A stretch of 64,000 nt of DNA. Origin: Epiperipatus broadwayi. Lineage: Eukaryota > Animalia > Onychophora. Of the stretch, positions 38,001-50,853 are shown piece by piece. The notes below the pieces were generated by a model. That model was not told the DNA's origin. It did not search any database and worked only from the letters and a program-made list of their open reading frames with translations. The DNA is taken from the NCBI GenBank assembly GCA_028023455.1, contig JAQFVV010000007.1, forward strand, positions 9,920,001 through 9,984,000, written 5' to 3'. Each line of letters opens with the position of its first letter. Position 1 is the stretch's first letter. A program made the position numbers and the translations under genes.

Positions 38001-39297
38001 TATTAATATTTTAAAAAGATGATAAAGAAGCTATTAGAAATTACAGACCTATCAACCTTTTATCAGCTTTATACAAAATTTTTACTAATATAATTAGAAT
38101 TCATCTACAGAAATCATTGAATTTCAACCAACTAAAAGAACAATCTGGATTTGAAATTGGTTTTAGTACAGTGAATCATATCCAAGTATTGAGAAAAGTT
38201 ATAAAAAGAACTAATGAATATGAGTTGTCATTTTGCTTTGGATTTGTAGATTATGAAAAGGTATTTGATTCTGTAAGCATTTATTCAGTGATTAAGACAT
38301 TGGATTATCAAGGTATAGACCCATGATATTATCATGTTCTGAAGAATATTTATAACAATGCAGCAGCAAACAATTACATTATATAATGATATTAGGAAGA
38401 TTAAGATTGAAAAGGGTGTAAGACACAGTGACTCCATATCTCCAAAACTTTTTACAGCAGTGCTGCAAGAAGTATTTTGTAGATTAAAATGAAAGCTAAA
38501 GAAATAAAAGTAAATGCAGATTATTTAAGTCTTTGAATTTTGCAGATAATATAGTTGTTTTTTGCAAATAATACTTCAGAGCTTCATGAAACATTGCAAA
38601 AGTTATAGATGAAAGTAAGACTAAAGGTACTTGTTAAAAAGATTAAAGTAATGTTCAATGGATATTCTCATAGATGAAAATAAAGATTGATTACGATGAG
38701 TTAGAAGAAGTTAACAATTACAAATACCTTGGTCAGATTATTTCTACAGATAAAAACAATGGAAAAATTAATCACAGAATTAAACTTGGTTGAATTGCTT
38801 TTGTAGAAATTAAATGGAAATATGCCTATATGTTTGAAAAGGAAGCTTTTTAATAAATGTGTTTTACCAGTTATTACTTATGGCTCTGAGACTTGCACAC
38901 TTAACAGAAGAGCAATACAGACAATTCAGACCACTTGAAGAAGTATGGGAAAAAAGCATGATAGGAGTAAGAAGAGATCAAAAATATAGTACATGAGTTA
39001 AAGAACAATCAGGTGTTACTGGCATTGTTGAAACAACTAAAAGACTGAAATGGAGTTGGGCTGAACATGGACATATTGCTAGAAGAGATGATAATAGATG
39101 GACAGTTGAAATCTTAAACTGAATTCCAAAAGATTGTAAAAGACACGAAAGAGACCACATGTGAGATGGATGGATGAAATAAGAAAGTCTACAGGGGTGA
39201 TGTGGAGAAGAGATGTTAGAGTTTGGAGAAGATGGATTGAACTTGGAGAGACCTTCATTCTGCAGTGGATTGATATTGGTTGATGATGATGATGACA
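35030..39297 (+). mobile_element. Near-full-length decayed RTE LINE (APE + RT) split by a family C insertion
   Basis: APE motifs (VGKFGYGN...FAEKEKLCITNSLFEK...WTCKH...LDYIL), RT motifs (YRPINLLS..YK.FT, GFVDYEKVFDSV) and a (GAT)n tail at 39282-39296. Many stops and frameshifts. Confidence 0.92.
35753..37200. mobile_element. Family C insertion: ~1.5 tandem units (~490 bp) plus ~1.4 inverted units
   Basis: Period 35761 to 36250 on one arm and 36610 to 37100 on the other. Flanked by a 16 bp duplication tacatatttca(g/a)gatt (35737-35752, 37201-37216). Confidence 0.85.
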
Positions 39298-39782
39298 TAT
39301 ATATATATATATTATTTTGAGGTTAATATTCCAACATTGGTCTATTAAGTAAATTAAATTCTATGGATTGAGAGTATTTCATTTATTTAATAGATCAGTG
39401 TTGACATATTAATCTCAATGTAATATAATATTAACTGCTGGGAAGTTTATATTTACATATTTCATTATTTAATTTCACATCAACAAGCTGTAAATTGAAA
39501 ATTTTCACGAATGTCAAAATAATATAAAGCAATTTGCAATATAGCTTGAATAAAGTAATACATTTGATTTAAAATCTTCATGCTTTCTCTCCAGTATGCT
39601 TAAGATTAGCCCCTATATATAAATTGAGATAAAGAGAAAGGTGGTCCAATCTTTTTTCTAAAATAGTTTTATTTTGTGCTTTAGATTGAGAGGATTTCAT
39701 TTATTTAATAGACAAATATTGTAGTATTAATTTTGGTATATTATATAATAGTAACTGCTGGAGAGCTTATATATATATAACA

Positions 39783-40020
39783 TTAGAAACCAGTCAACAC
39801 TTAGACAATCACACTATAGATAACAAGCAACAATCCCAAGCTGTTGTCAAGGCAACTTCCTTTTGGCAATAAAGATGGAATCCCTTCCACAATTATTGTT
39901 ACAAAGAGGTTGCCTTGACTACCATTTGAGATTGTTGATTGTTTTTTATATTGGGATTGTCTAACTGTTGACTGTTTTCTAATAATTACTTATAAACCCA
40001 TTTAGCCTTGAACATTATTA
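39783..40020. mobile_element. Family B fold-back (further pieces at ~44470-44600, 45020-45175; related hairpin at 49720-49950)
   Basis: agtcaacacttagacaatc...gttgtcaaggcaac / ggttgccttgac...gattgtctaactgttgactg. Confidence 0.7.
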
Positions 40021-41340
40021 CACACAAACACAAACGCACACGCACATATATATATATAGGTTGTTAGGAATAATACGTTTTCCAGAAATATTTATTGCAA
40101 GGTTGATGGATACTTGAAAATGATGCTATTATATCCTCATCCAGGTGCATTCATTTTCATACCTCCTAGTCAGTTTTTGGCTTACGTTTTTTGTTAGTGA
40201 AAAGGTTGGATTCAATGAATCTGGAGTTTCTAGACATTTTATGCATCACACCCAGTAGCAATCTTATGTTCTTTGTCATGTATTATCAAGTTAATAGTCT
40301 GATATTCCATAATTTCTTAATATTTGAATCAAAATCAAATTGTTTGTATAGTTATATAAATATGATATTAGACAAGTAAGTATATATTTCAGTGTTTGTT
40401 CATTTTATAATAAAATGTTAAGTAAATGGTTACTTGTATGTTTTTGTCAAGATACAACCCAGAGATTTTCTTCTAGGCTTTTATATATATTTTTTCTCTT
40501 CTGTTCCTTTGGCTCAAACTACTTCAGAAAATTATTTATGGAATTAATATAATGTGGTGTGTCCTTCATTGATAAAGCTGTAATTATCCTTTAACAACCA
40601 TTCTATGAAGCAAAAACAGGGTCCCCCCCCCCCATAATTTGTACATTTTTATTATTAGAGGATAACTTATAGAAACACTTGAGACTAGAAATACTTATTT
40701 GCATATTGGGATAGAGCATTTATAGTACAGAATAATCTATTATGAAGCACTGATGTGTTGTGCAGATTGGTGGTGTTTTTGTATTTATCCAGTTATAGGT
40801 GGTGGTTACCGAATTCACTATATTTATCTATTTGGTAGTCATCTGACTGATATTTTTAGCATTTTCTTTTGGAAAAATTATAATATTTAGCCAGTAAGCA
40901 TTGTTCATTTAATTGTGTCAGTCGTTATACTTACCTGAATAGAAACAGCATTGAAGGCATTTCTGCATGGATGTGAATAGTTTATACATTTAACCAGCAT
41001 TTTTTTTACAGACAAAATAATTGTTTCTATAACAATACTGAGAACTATTGCATTATCTATTTTATCAAGATGTTACTAAATAATATCTATTGAAAAGCTT
41101 TTGCAATAATAATTAGGAAGCATCACACAAAATTTTCCTTCCATCTTTCTTTATTAATCACTGTGGCTATATACACAGTTTGTGTGTGTATATATATTAT
41201 ATATATATGTGTGTGTGTGTAAAAAATTCAATTATTAGTCTGCTATAACATGGTGTAGTCATTGTATTATTAATTTTTAAAAATCTATACATAGTTTGCT
41301 GATTAATAAGTAACAATGTATTATAATAATAGTCGTATTC

Positions 41341-41602
41341 GTCACATGACCACCACTTCTTATGCTTGTGTATAACTGTTAAAACAGGCAAAACTCACTA
41401 TACTTATTGCCACACACAGCAAGCTACAGTAATTAATGGTTCCCAGAAGGCTTGTGCATAAAATCCCCATCTAGTGCCTACTAGTCTGGAGATATTGGAT
41501 GAGTAGGCACTAGATGGGAATTTTATGCACAAGCCTTCTGGCATCCATTGATTACTCTAGCTTGCTGTGTGTGGCAATAAGTATGGTGAATTTTGCCTGT
41601 TT
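41341..41602. mobile_element. Fold-back insertion, family A
   Basis: Palindrome with strand switch at ~41480 and an 11 bp TSD tagtcgtattc (41330-41340, 41603-41613). Confidence 0.85.
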
Positions 41603-41841
41603 TAGTCGTATTCATATGTGTATCTGTGCTTGATTAATGTCTGATGGCAATTCTCTATTTATAAAACTTATTAAAATTAAATGATGAACTTATTCTATTA
41701 AAATAAATAGTTTGCTATTTATTTATAAATAAGCAATAATATAACATACCAAGCAAAGAATTAAATAAATCTATTAACAATATTACATATATTATCATAT
41801 GATCACCATTTCTTATCCTTGCTTATAACTGTTATTAAAAC

Positions 41842-42428
41842 TGTCATATCTGACCCTGCCTTCAGAAGTGGACTATTCCAGATTCCTTGCCTGATTGGCT
41901 TGCACCCAGTTGCTATCCAATGGGATTAAAACCTTCACTGGGGTTCACGCACCAAATCTGCGTGTTTCCAGTAAGGTAGGGGATCTGCCTTTAAATAGTC
42001 AGCCTTTTGGAGGCAAGGCAGAGAGCAATTACTTCTGTTAACCTGAAGGACAGAATGTGCTCTCAATTAAACCTTCTGCCATCAGCAAAGGTATTTATCT
42101 AGTCGTTATTGAGATGTCCACACAGTGAGGCAAGTCCATCTATGGACTGGAAACTGCTATGACTGAACTAGAGCCGACTCAAGGCAAGCTAACTACATAG
42201 CTGGAAGAGTCTTACCAGAACTCAAGACGCATGCTAATCATTAGCTGGAAGTGAGTTTGATACTCCGCACGACTATCTCAGCATTGAAGACTACTGTATT
42301 TGTTCATTTGTTAACCAACATGTGTATATATTTTGTACTAATAAATTATACATATTAATTGCTGAATAGTTGTTCTTTTTGTATCTGTTGGTTTGGAAAC
42401 AAACTTGCAAGCCTAACCAAATACAACA
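41842..42428 (+). mobile_element. Solo LTR of the Gypsy family at 10572-13658
   Basis: 587 bp TG...CA copy with a perfect 5 bp TSD aaaac (41837-41841, 42429-42433). Confidence 0.95.
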
Positions 42429-42746
42429 AAAACAGGCAAAACTCTCCACACAGTATTGCAAGCATAAGAAATGGTGATCATGTGATGTTTATTGGCTTAA
42501 AACCAATCCTGTTTAATAGGATAGTGATGGCTATGGTTATTAAAGAACCAAAAAACACCAAAATATATAGGTACTCAACTGAGTTCAGACTTATATGACT
42601 ATATAAACTACTGAGTTTGGATTGAAAATATTATTGTGTTTTAAATTTAAGACTCATGGTTTTGTAGTAAGTGGAGATAAAAGGTGACTGCTGGAGGATT
42701 GCATTAGATCCTAAGATCTAAGTGCAGTGCTCTCAGATCCTAGGTT

Positions 42747-42786
42747 CCTGACTGATGAAGGCCACAAGCCAGAAACTAGTCTGGGG
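42747..42786 (+). ncRNA. Minimal type I hammerhead ribozyme motif (family A)
   Basis: cctga-CTGATGA-a-GGC(cacaa)GCC-a-GAAA-CTAG-TC/tgggg, with palindromic ACTAGT stem III and GUC cleavage triplet (cut after 42781). The copy at 46950 has AGC/GCT in stem II. Confidence 0.72.
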
Positions 42787-44149
42787 ATATTGCATCAGTA
42801 GGCATTATATGGGGATTTTATGCACAAGCCTTTTGGCATTCATTGATTACTTTGGCTTGCGCTGAGTGGCAATACTGTGTAGAGAGTTTTGCCTGTTTAA
42901 ATATATTGTCATAGTTTATCTTCTTTGTTTCAGTTAGTAAATAATATTATACCAGCTACTGATGTCACGTGATTTTTTTATTCTCTAATTCCTTGAGTAT
43001 TTTATTTTACGAGTCATATGTATATTATTAGAAAATTAGAAGACATTTTAATTTTTTGAGGTTTAATAATGTATAAGTTTTTTAATACCGTAATTCAGAT
43101 CTTAAATTAGATATACGCACATACGTACTACCGTCTTAGATATCTTTATTTGATTAGAATTTGCTTTCTGTTTATTTTCTGCAATTGGTGAACATCCTGG
43201 TCTAAATTATTTTGTTCATTCTTTAAATATCTTGTATTATTTTTAATTTGGTTTCTTTGCATTTTTCTTTTTTAATCTAAACCAACTCGTTTCGTTGGTG
43301 GAATGAAATTTAAAAAATGAATAGGTTATTATATTTTTTATCATTAAAAAGCTTACGTAAATTTGTCTTTAATTTATTAATTCTTTTACTCTATTTAAAG
43401 TTGTCTGATTGGATTGGGGAGGGGTAATATTTAGAAGTCGAATTGCTTATCCTAATACGTTTAAAATGATTTTCATAGCAAAGATGTTAGTAAATGAAAT
43501 CTTCAGTATTTTTTTTTTAATTTCTAGATTTTTTAAATATATATTTAGACTATCGCATGCTGCTTTTACTTTTAACAAGTTTAAAAAAAACTTTTTTTTT
43601 TCTAATGAAATAACTATTGTAATTAAATTACCTCGATATGGAGCTAATATATTGTAAGGAAATGAGATTTGAACTCCCTAACGATATAGTATAAAGCATT
43701 AGAAAAAGTAATATTCAAAGATGGTCTATAAAATTTTAAATACAATAGCAAAATCATAAATCCAACCAATATTTTGCGATCATCATTATTATTAGTTTTG
43801 TCGTCATCTTCTTCTTCTTGGTCTTTTTTTTTTCCTCCTCCTTCTTAGTCTTTTTCTTTTCCTCCTCTTTCTCCTTCTTCTTTTTCATCTTATTTTGTAA
43901 TAGGAATGATCATATTTATTTGTGAATAGTTGTTGCTGCTGCTGATATGACATATAAACTATATTTAAATACATGTATAGTCATTTTTAGATCAAATAGA
44001 AATATTGGAATAGTGTATTTATGAATCAAGATGGTGAATTACAATATTAAGCTTCAAATCATAGTTCTCAAATTTACTATTCTACTGCTGTTCTAATCTG
44101 CAAAAGCCAATGTTAATTGGCTTACATTATTAAAGAATGCTTTTTAAAT

Positions 44150-44250
44150 GCAATGATAGAATGATTGACTCTGGAATGTGGGATCCTAGCATCGATTCTA
44201 GTGCTCGTACTTTCAGTGCTCAAACTTTTATGAATTCCCAATCCGAATAA
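44150..44250 (+). mobile_element. tRNA-derived SINE copy (others at ~40180-40265 -, 44820-44920 -, 46205-46320 +, 47870-47945 -, 49535-49635 -, 62683-62790 -)
   Basis: gactctggaatgtgggatcc...ctttcagtgctcaaacttttatgaattccc matches the array monomer. Confidence 0.65.
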
Positions 44251-45239
44251 ATAGCAATATGAATATTTTATTGGAGAATAAAATCCATCAATAGAAATTG
44301 AATTACTATTGTCCTTTATTGATTAAGAGTAACAAAATGATTTGTAAATATAACATGCACTTTATGCAAACATGTTGGGTGAGATATGGTATAAATGACT
44401 GCAATTGGTTATATATATATATATTAAGTGTAAGAATGCCCAAAGATAAATGGGATTTAGAAGTCCTTATTAGAAACAGTCAACACTTAGACAATCCCTA
44501 CATAGATAACAATCGACAACTTCAAACTGTTGTCAAGGCAACCTTCTTTTAACAGTAAAGGTGGTTGCCCTGACAATGGTTTGAGATTGTTGATTGTATA
44601 TATATATATATATAAACTTAAAACTAAACATAGCTCAATGTATATGTAAACAAAGAGAGTAAATCACTCTCTTCTCAGGCTATGAATTACACCTAATCTA
44701 AATGTTGAAAAAAGGATTATATATTTATTAATAAAATGTTTAAAATATATATTAATAGCTTAGCTGCTGTAAAAAATAAGGGGTACAAAAGTATAAAAAG
44801 TCAATAAAAATAACTGAATCATTGGGAATTCATAAAAAGTCTGAGAACAGAAAGTGGTGATGAAGCTGCAATCCTTGGATCTTAAGCTCCAAAATATGCC
44901 AATCTATCACTGCCCAACTGTACAAATTGAGAAAAATATATTTGTAATTTGAAAGTTATAATTGATTAGTTGTTATCCTGCTTTCAGAAGAGTTTATATT
45001 TATCTGTTTAATTAGGTTTATTTAAACTTTTTTTGAATCAATAATTTCACTCTCTGTAGCCAAGCATATTAGACTAGATACACGTGGATTTTCACCTTTA
45101 TTGATTAAAGGCAGTTTACTTTACAACAGATTGAGATTGTTATTGATGTTAGTATTGTTTAAATGTTGACTATATATATATAGAAAGGACCTGAATTAAG
45201 ATTTTCACACTCCCTGCAGCTATGCACTCCATTTTATAA

Positions 45240-45970
45240 AATTGATACACATGATCACATACACGTGAAAACGATAAATGATCTCCAATATACATATTTT
45301 GTGCTGAACTAGCACATGTCTGTTGGTCCTGATCCCCATCTCCTATACATATATATACAAACAGTGCTCAGTTCATATTAAGATAGCAAATCTCCACACT
45401 TTAATGGAAAAGCTTCAATCTTCTCACTCTCAAATTCCTCAGCCATCCATATCATCGAAAATCTGATGGTAGAACCCTCAAAGCCTTTGTTGATGCCAAT
45501 ATTATTATCAAACCCATGTTTATTTTAAGTCACTCTGATCCCTTAATAGTACATTAATAGGTCCATTTAAATAACACAAAAGAGGGATGTGCAGAATACA
45601 GATTGAATATGTAATATTCAAATATAAGTATATTGTCTATAATAAACTGATGTAATTATAAAGAACTTAAACTTTCAAATTCCCTTTAGCTAAGTACTCC
45701 ATCTTATGCAACTAATATATATGATCACATATATGTGAAAAAGATAAATGAACTCCAATATATGTATTTTGTGCTGAACTGGCACTCATCATTTGGTCTA
45801 GATCACCATATTAAGATAGCATATCTTCAAACTTTAATGTGGGCATATGCATTGGTTTTGATTATATCACATGGAGTGTATAGTGCATAATTGTAGGAAG
45901 CTTGAAAGTCTGAGTTCATGTTCTTTCTAATTACATTAGCTTAGTACAGACAATATACTTATATTTGAAT
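45240..45970. mobile_element. Family C-related copy, ~1.3 tandem units (~465 bp) plus short inverted piece
   Basis: atgatcacata..gtgaaaa.gataaatga.ctccaata recurs at 45253 and 45721, and 45900-45970 is inverse to 45610-45700. Confidence 0.7.
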
Positions 45971-46804
45971 ATGATATATGTAAAGATAATCCTATGATTA
46001 GTTGCCAGGGAAGTGATGTGATGTTTGATCACCAAAGTGACAGATTAAATGCAGTCTTTTTTTCAGGTGACCAAATACTTTTTTAAAACTTTACTCATCT
46101 GAGAATATTTTTTAAATTCTTGAGTTCATTACTACTGAGATAAATCACATTGTCCATATACATAGGCATATGTTTGTCTTCTGTTTTAAAGAGATTGCAT
46201 GTTCCATATGGTTTAGTGAAGTGGTAGATTGACAGACGCTGGAGGGTGGGGTTCTTGAATTGATTCCAATGCTGCAGTTTTGATGTTCAACCTTCTTATT
46301 AACTCTCAAACAGTAAAACATTCACTTATTTTTATGTATATCAGCAAATGTGATTATGTTCAATCTTCAGTTATGATGATTTATATCATGCTGATGGCAT
46401 GGGATGAGCTGCAGCCTTATCAATCAAAGAATCTATTTCAAAGCAAAGGATTTAAATTCAAATTATTGATGCTATGTTAGGTTTTCTTGTATTATGCTTT
46501 AATACTAATTCAATTACTATTCATAGCATAACTTTTATAGTGAAGTTAATGGTTTTTTAGGAGAAAATACAAATGACCAGATATGAAATTGGTAATCTAA
46601 CTCTATTTCCTTTACTGTGTAAATTCATATATGCTTATTTTGCCTCCCATAGTGGAGCTAGGCTGTTTTTATTTTTAAATATTGTTTTAGGTCTTGTAAT
46701 AATGTGTCTGTTTATGAACTGTATTGTGTTGTGTGTCTTAATGCAGTGTTGGAGTGTCAGGTTTCCACTTTTGATACTTCCAACTCTCAAACTTCTTATG
46801 AAGT

Positions 46805-47455
46805 CTAAACAGAGACAAAACTCCCCATACTGTAGCACCACTCACTGCAAGCCAGAATAATCAATGGATGCAGGAAGGTATGTACATAAAATCCCTATCT
46901 AGTGTACTCATCCAATATCCCCAACTAGTTTTTAGCTTGTGGCTTTCATCAGTGAGGAGTCTTAGATCTGAGAGTACTGCACCTAGATCTTAGGATTTAA
47001 TGCAGCCCTCAATCAGCCACCTTTTACCTTAATATCTAACTATAAAGCTTTGAGTCCAAAATGAAAATACAATAATGTTTTCAATTCAAGCTCATTAGCT
47101 GGTATAGTCATATAGATTCGAACTCAGTTCAGCATCCATACCTTTTGGTGTCTTTGGTTCTTCAGTAACCACATTCATCATGATCCTATTGAGAGTAGGA
47201 TTGGTATTAATCCACTAAACATCACATCACCATCATTCTTTATGCTCACACAAGCTGTTTACACAGAGGCTAAACTCTCCATACAGTAGTGCCACTCAGT
47301 GCAAGCCAAAGTAATCAGTGGATGCAGGAAGATTTGTGCATAAAATTCCTATCAAGTGCTTACTCATCCAATATTCCCAGAGTAGGTTGTGGCTTTCATC
47401 AGTGAGGAGCCTTGGATCTGAGAATAGAGAATAGTGATCATGTGATGTTTGTTGG
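46805..47455 (-). mobile_element. Family A: hammerhead - 450 nt - hammerhead tandem plus short inverted arm, inserted in a tRNA-SINE
   Basis: Minus-strand CTGATGA at 47402-47396 and 46952-46946 (450 nt apart). 12 bp TSD ttcttatgaagt (46793-46804, 47456-47467). Confidence 0.85.
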
Positions 47456-48974
47456 TTCTTATGAAGTTCTGAGTAATAAATCTATTTAAGTATTTATTTG
47501 CTTTAGTAAAGTAAAACCAATAAGCATGGTACTTATGTTCTTATGTAATAGTGACAATTATAAGTCCAAAACAAAGGCTTTTGAATTATTTTTTAATTGA
47601 AAAAAGAGGGGGGGAAATCCAATTTGGCAATTCAAAATAATTGTCATGCATAACTGATATGTGAAAGCTAACTTTTTTATGTAGAGTATAAACTGGTGAG
47701 ACATTATATCTATGGATAATCTTATTAATGTTATCAAGGATTCTTTATTTATAAGTAAGCAATATTTTCCACAGAGATAATATCAGTTCAGTAAAAATAA
47801 ATAATTGATCGGCTTTATTGCTTAAAAAAAATCGATTGACTCCATTCCTTGAGAATTCATAATAAATTATATGCTGATGGTGATAAAGCTAAGCCAGAGT
47901 CCATGAACTTTGTGTCCCAGAGTCTGTCACTCAACTATTGCACCCACAGAGGCATCAATGCAGTTTAAACATCTTATAAAAAAATAGAATAAATGCTATA
48001 AGAATTTATGGTGATTATAAAAGACTTTGTAAATTTAGCTGCCATTCTATCATTTTCAGATGAAGAGAAGTTAAGGAAGATTCCAATGTGTATATGGGAC
48101 AGAGATTACTAATAGACCAAGGAAATAATTTTAAAAATCCAGTAGCATGAATAAAAGATGTGAATGGAATAAATTAAATAATATGTGGAGAAAAAATATT
48201 AGAGTACAAAAATATTTATATAAATTTTAAAAAGTTATAGTAATTATTATTATTTAGTGTAGATTTTTTTATAAGCTTTATTCTTAATAAATTACCATAA
48301 AAGAATCTGTATAGATTCCAACCAGGAGGTAGATTCACTAGTCACTTTAATCAATCCTTTAATCTTGTCACTGTAGGTATAGATTTGACAGAGATCAATT
48401 ATGTGGTTCATAGTTTGTGTTAGAACATCTACAATAGGTCAGTGGATATTAAATTCCATCAATGAAGCAAATGATCTTAATGACAATGTGTTATTTTGAA
48501 TGCACTGGTAAGATTTCTACTAATTTTGGGAAAATCAAATCCAGCTAGTTTTACTATTGGATCTGAATAAATAAATTTGTTTGGAATCATCATAAGAAGT
48601 CCATATTTATATAATAATTCTTTGGATTTTTTTGGTTGAACATTCTGAAAAGGTGACATTGATTTAAAACAAATCATAGGAAGTAAATGTATATCTTGAA
48701 AATATTGTAAAATCTTATCTAATTAGCAACCACTTATGCATTTTATGTGAGGCACTCCTGATATCTAATGAAGGCACTAATTTTTGAAAGAGGGGGGGGG
48801 ATGAATCCCATTCTCTAAATTTACTTGATGTGGGTTCTGAGGAAAATTTTCAACCACATGGTAATAATAATTGGACAGTTGAAGTCTTAATTTTAATCAC
48901 AATAGGCTGTTAAATATTTAGAAAGAGACTATAGGTAAGAAAAATGTACAAAATAAGGAATTTAGCAGTTAGGA

Positions 48975-49060
48975 GATATAAAAGTTCTGAAGAAGATTGC
49001 TGGGACAATCAAAACTGTAAAACGTAAAAGAGGGTGGTAAATAAAGCATTGTGTAACAGT
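48975..49060 (+). mobile_element. Family D fragment with hammerhead motif
   Basis: aagttCTGAAGAaGATTG(ctggga)CAATC(G>A)AAActgta. Confidence 0.6.
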
Positions 49061-50339
49061 AGTAAAGTGCATGGGTGATTTAATATTATATGGTAATAAG
49101 AAAGTTTTTGATAAAGTTTGTAGAAAAAGAAAGTTATGGATTGGAAAACCTGCATTAAACATAGAAGGACTTTATCCTGCAATGGATCAATAATGATTGA
49201 TAATAGTGGTTAGGATGACCTGATGTCTAAATAGGCAGCTAGTAGTTGGCTTCAAGATGTCTGTGTAAGAAATGTTGCTAACTATCATCTTTTTTGAAAT
49301 ATGTGAGTGAAGTTGACACCATTAGAGAAAATCATTTTTTTTGTGGGTAGAAACCTCATGCCTGAAGTGTCAGTATTTCAGCATTTTTACTTTCAAATTT
49401 GAAAGCTGATTTTATGAAGCTTCTTTGATTCAATTTTTTACAGTGAGCAGAAAATATACCATTCAGTAATTATGCTGCAGTAAGATTATCAGCAAATATG
49501 CAGAAAAACTGTATAAGTAGTAAAATAAATAGTCAAATGGTTTATTGTGCAGGAGTTTATAAGGAGTTCAAGCACCAGAAATGAAACAGCCCAGGTGTTA
49601 CTCATGGACTTCAAATCCACATTTCACTCTGGTCTATGCAGATTATCTTAATTATTAAGACATTGCCTAAGCACATATATTTACATACATGCAAATCATC
49701 ATGAGAGACAATACTTAAAATAAACCAATAGAATTTCAGCAATATGTTGTCAAGGAAACAATCAGATTTCATGCTTAAAATTAACCAATAGAATAACAGC
49801 AATCTGTTTTTAAGATACCCTCAGATTTCATGCTTAATATTAACCAATAGAATGTTACCAATCTGATGTCAAGGCAACATTCACATAATAAATGGAATCT
49901 GTTACCTTGACAACATATTAATGATAATCTATTAGTTAATTTTAAGCATTCACTGGGATGATGAAATTTACATATGATAACCAATTAGCTATATGTACTT
50001 ATGACTTAATACACATGCATATAGATTGTGATGATCTCTTTAATTTTATTCAAAGTTAAGTCATCAAATCATCCTGCTTTAGATGGGATACTGCAAAATT
50101 TTGATGTAAACTATTTCAAAATATGTTTTATTTTTTATTTTTATTTTTAAAGATGTTTTTGCAAAATATCATGAGATTGCTGATTGTGGCAATCAGACAC
50201 AATCAAAAACTCACCAATATCATAGATCCTCTCAGTATTTGTTTGGTTTGATAAACGCAATATCATTATTAATATATATATATATATATACAAATAAAAT
50301 ACCCATTAATTAATAAACTACTGTAATAACAATAACAAT

Positions 50340-50626
50340 AATAAATGTAATGATAATTAGCCATTATATACAGTCTTTCAATCTGCAGAAATACTTTTGG
50401 TTAATTCCTTTCCTTAACTGCTTCAACTGCCGTTAAATTCAAAAACCAAAATGGAAGCAAATGTCATCAACTCAATTTGGGATTTATAGGATTTGAGTTG
50501 ATGATGTTTGCTTCCATTTTCTTATTTGAATTTAATGGCAGTTGAGGCAAGTTAAGGAATTAACTGAAAATACTTCTGTGGATTGAAAAACTGTTTATAA
50601 TAGTTCATTGCCATTATATTTATTAT
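50340..50626. mobile_element. Fold-back element (family H) with variant hammerhead-like motif
   Basis: Arms of ~130 bp around ~50480. Two-arm consensus gcag-TTGAAGC-a-GGTTAA(ggaa)TTAACC-GAAA-GTAC-TT-ctgc. Confidence 0.6.
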
Positions 50627-50853
50627 TTCATATATATCTTATTACTAACTCCTGAACAATATTTTTAATTATTACTTGCAAATAGCTAAAGTTTTTTTTA
50701 TATAGTAAAACATTTAATTATTTAATATTTATGAGAGGAAAAATATTTTAAATTTAATCCAAAATTTATAAAAATTTAAGAATGTTGAATTGATAAGAAG
50801 GTTTAGGTACATTTTTTTTTCTGATAAATAACATTACATCAAACCATATTCCT

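Larger units (their letters stand above)
41800..42900 (+). mobile_element. Family A insertion (short inverted arm + near-complete ~440 bp monomer) interrupted by a solo LTR
   Basis: 13 bp TSD atatatt(a/g)tcata (41787-41799, 42901-42913). The monomer 42458-42899 is the reverse complement of the 46810-47270 unit. Confidence 0.85.

Noticed and set aside
40927-40937. U1 snRNA (ATACTTACCTG)
   Set aside because: Only the first 11 nt match. It is better read as a minus-strand splice-donor-like CAG/gtaagtat, and no gene could be assigned.
48477-48677. Kinase-like DPIVKLAGFDFPK
   Set aside because: No HRD, true DFG or APE motifs, and no splice context.
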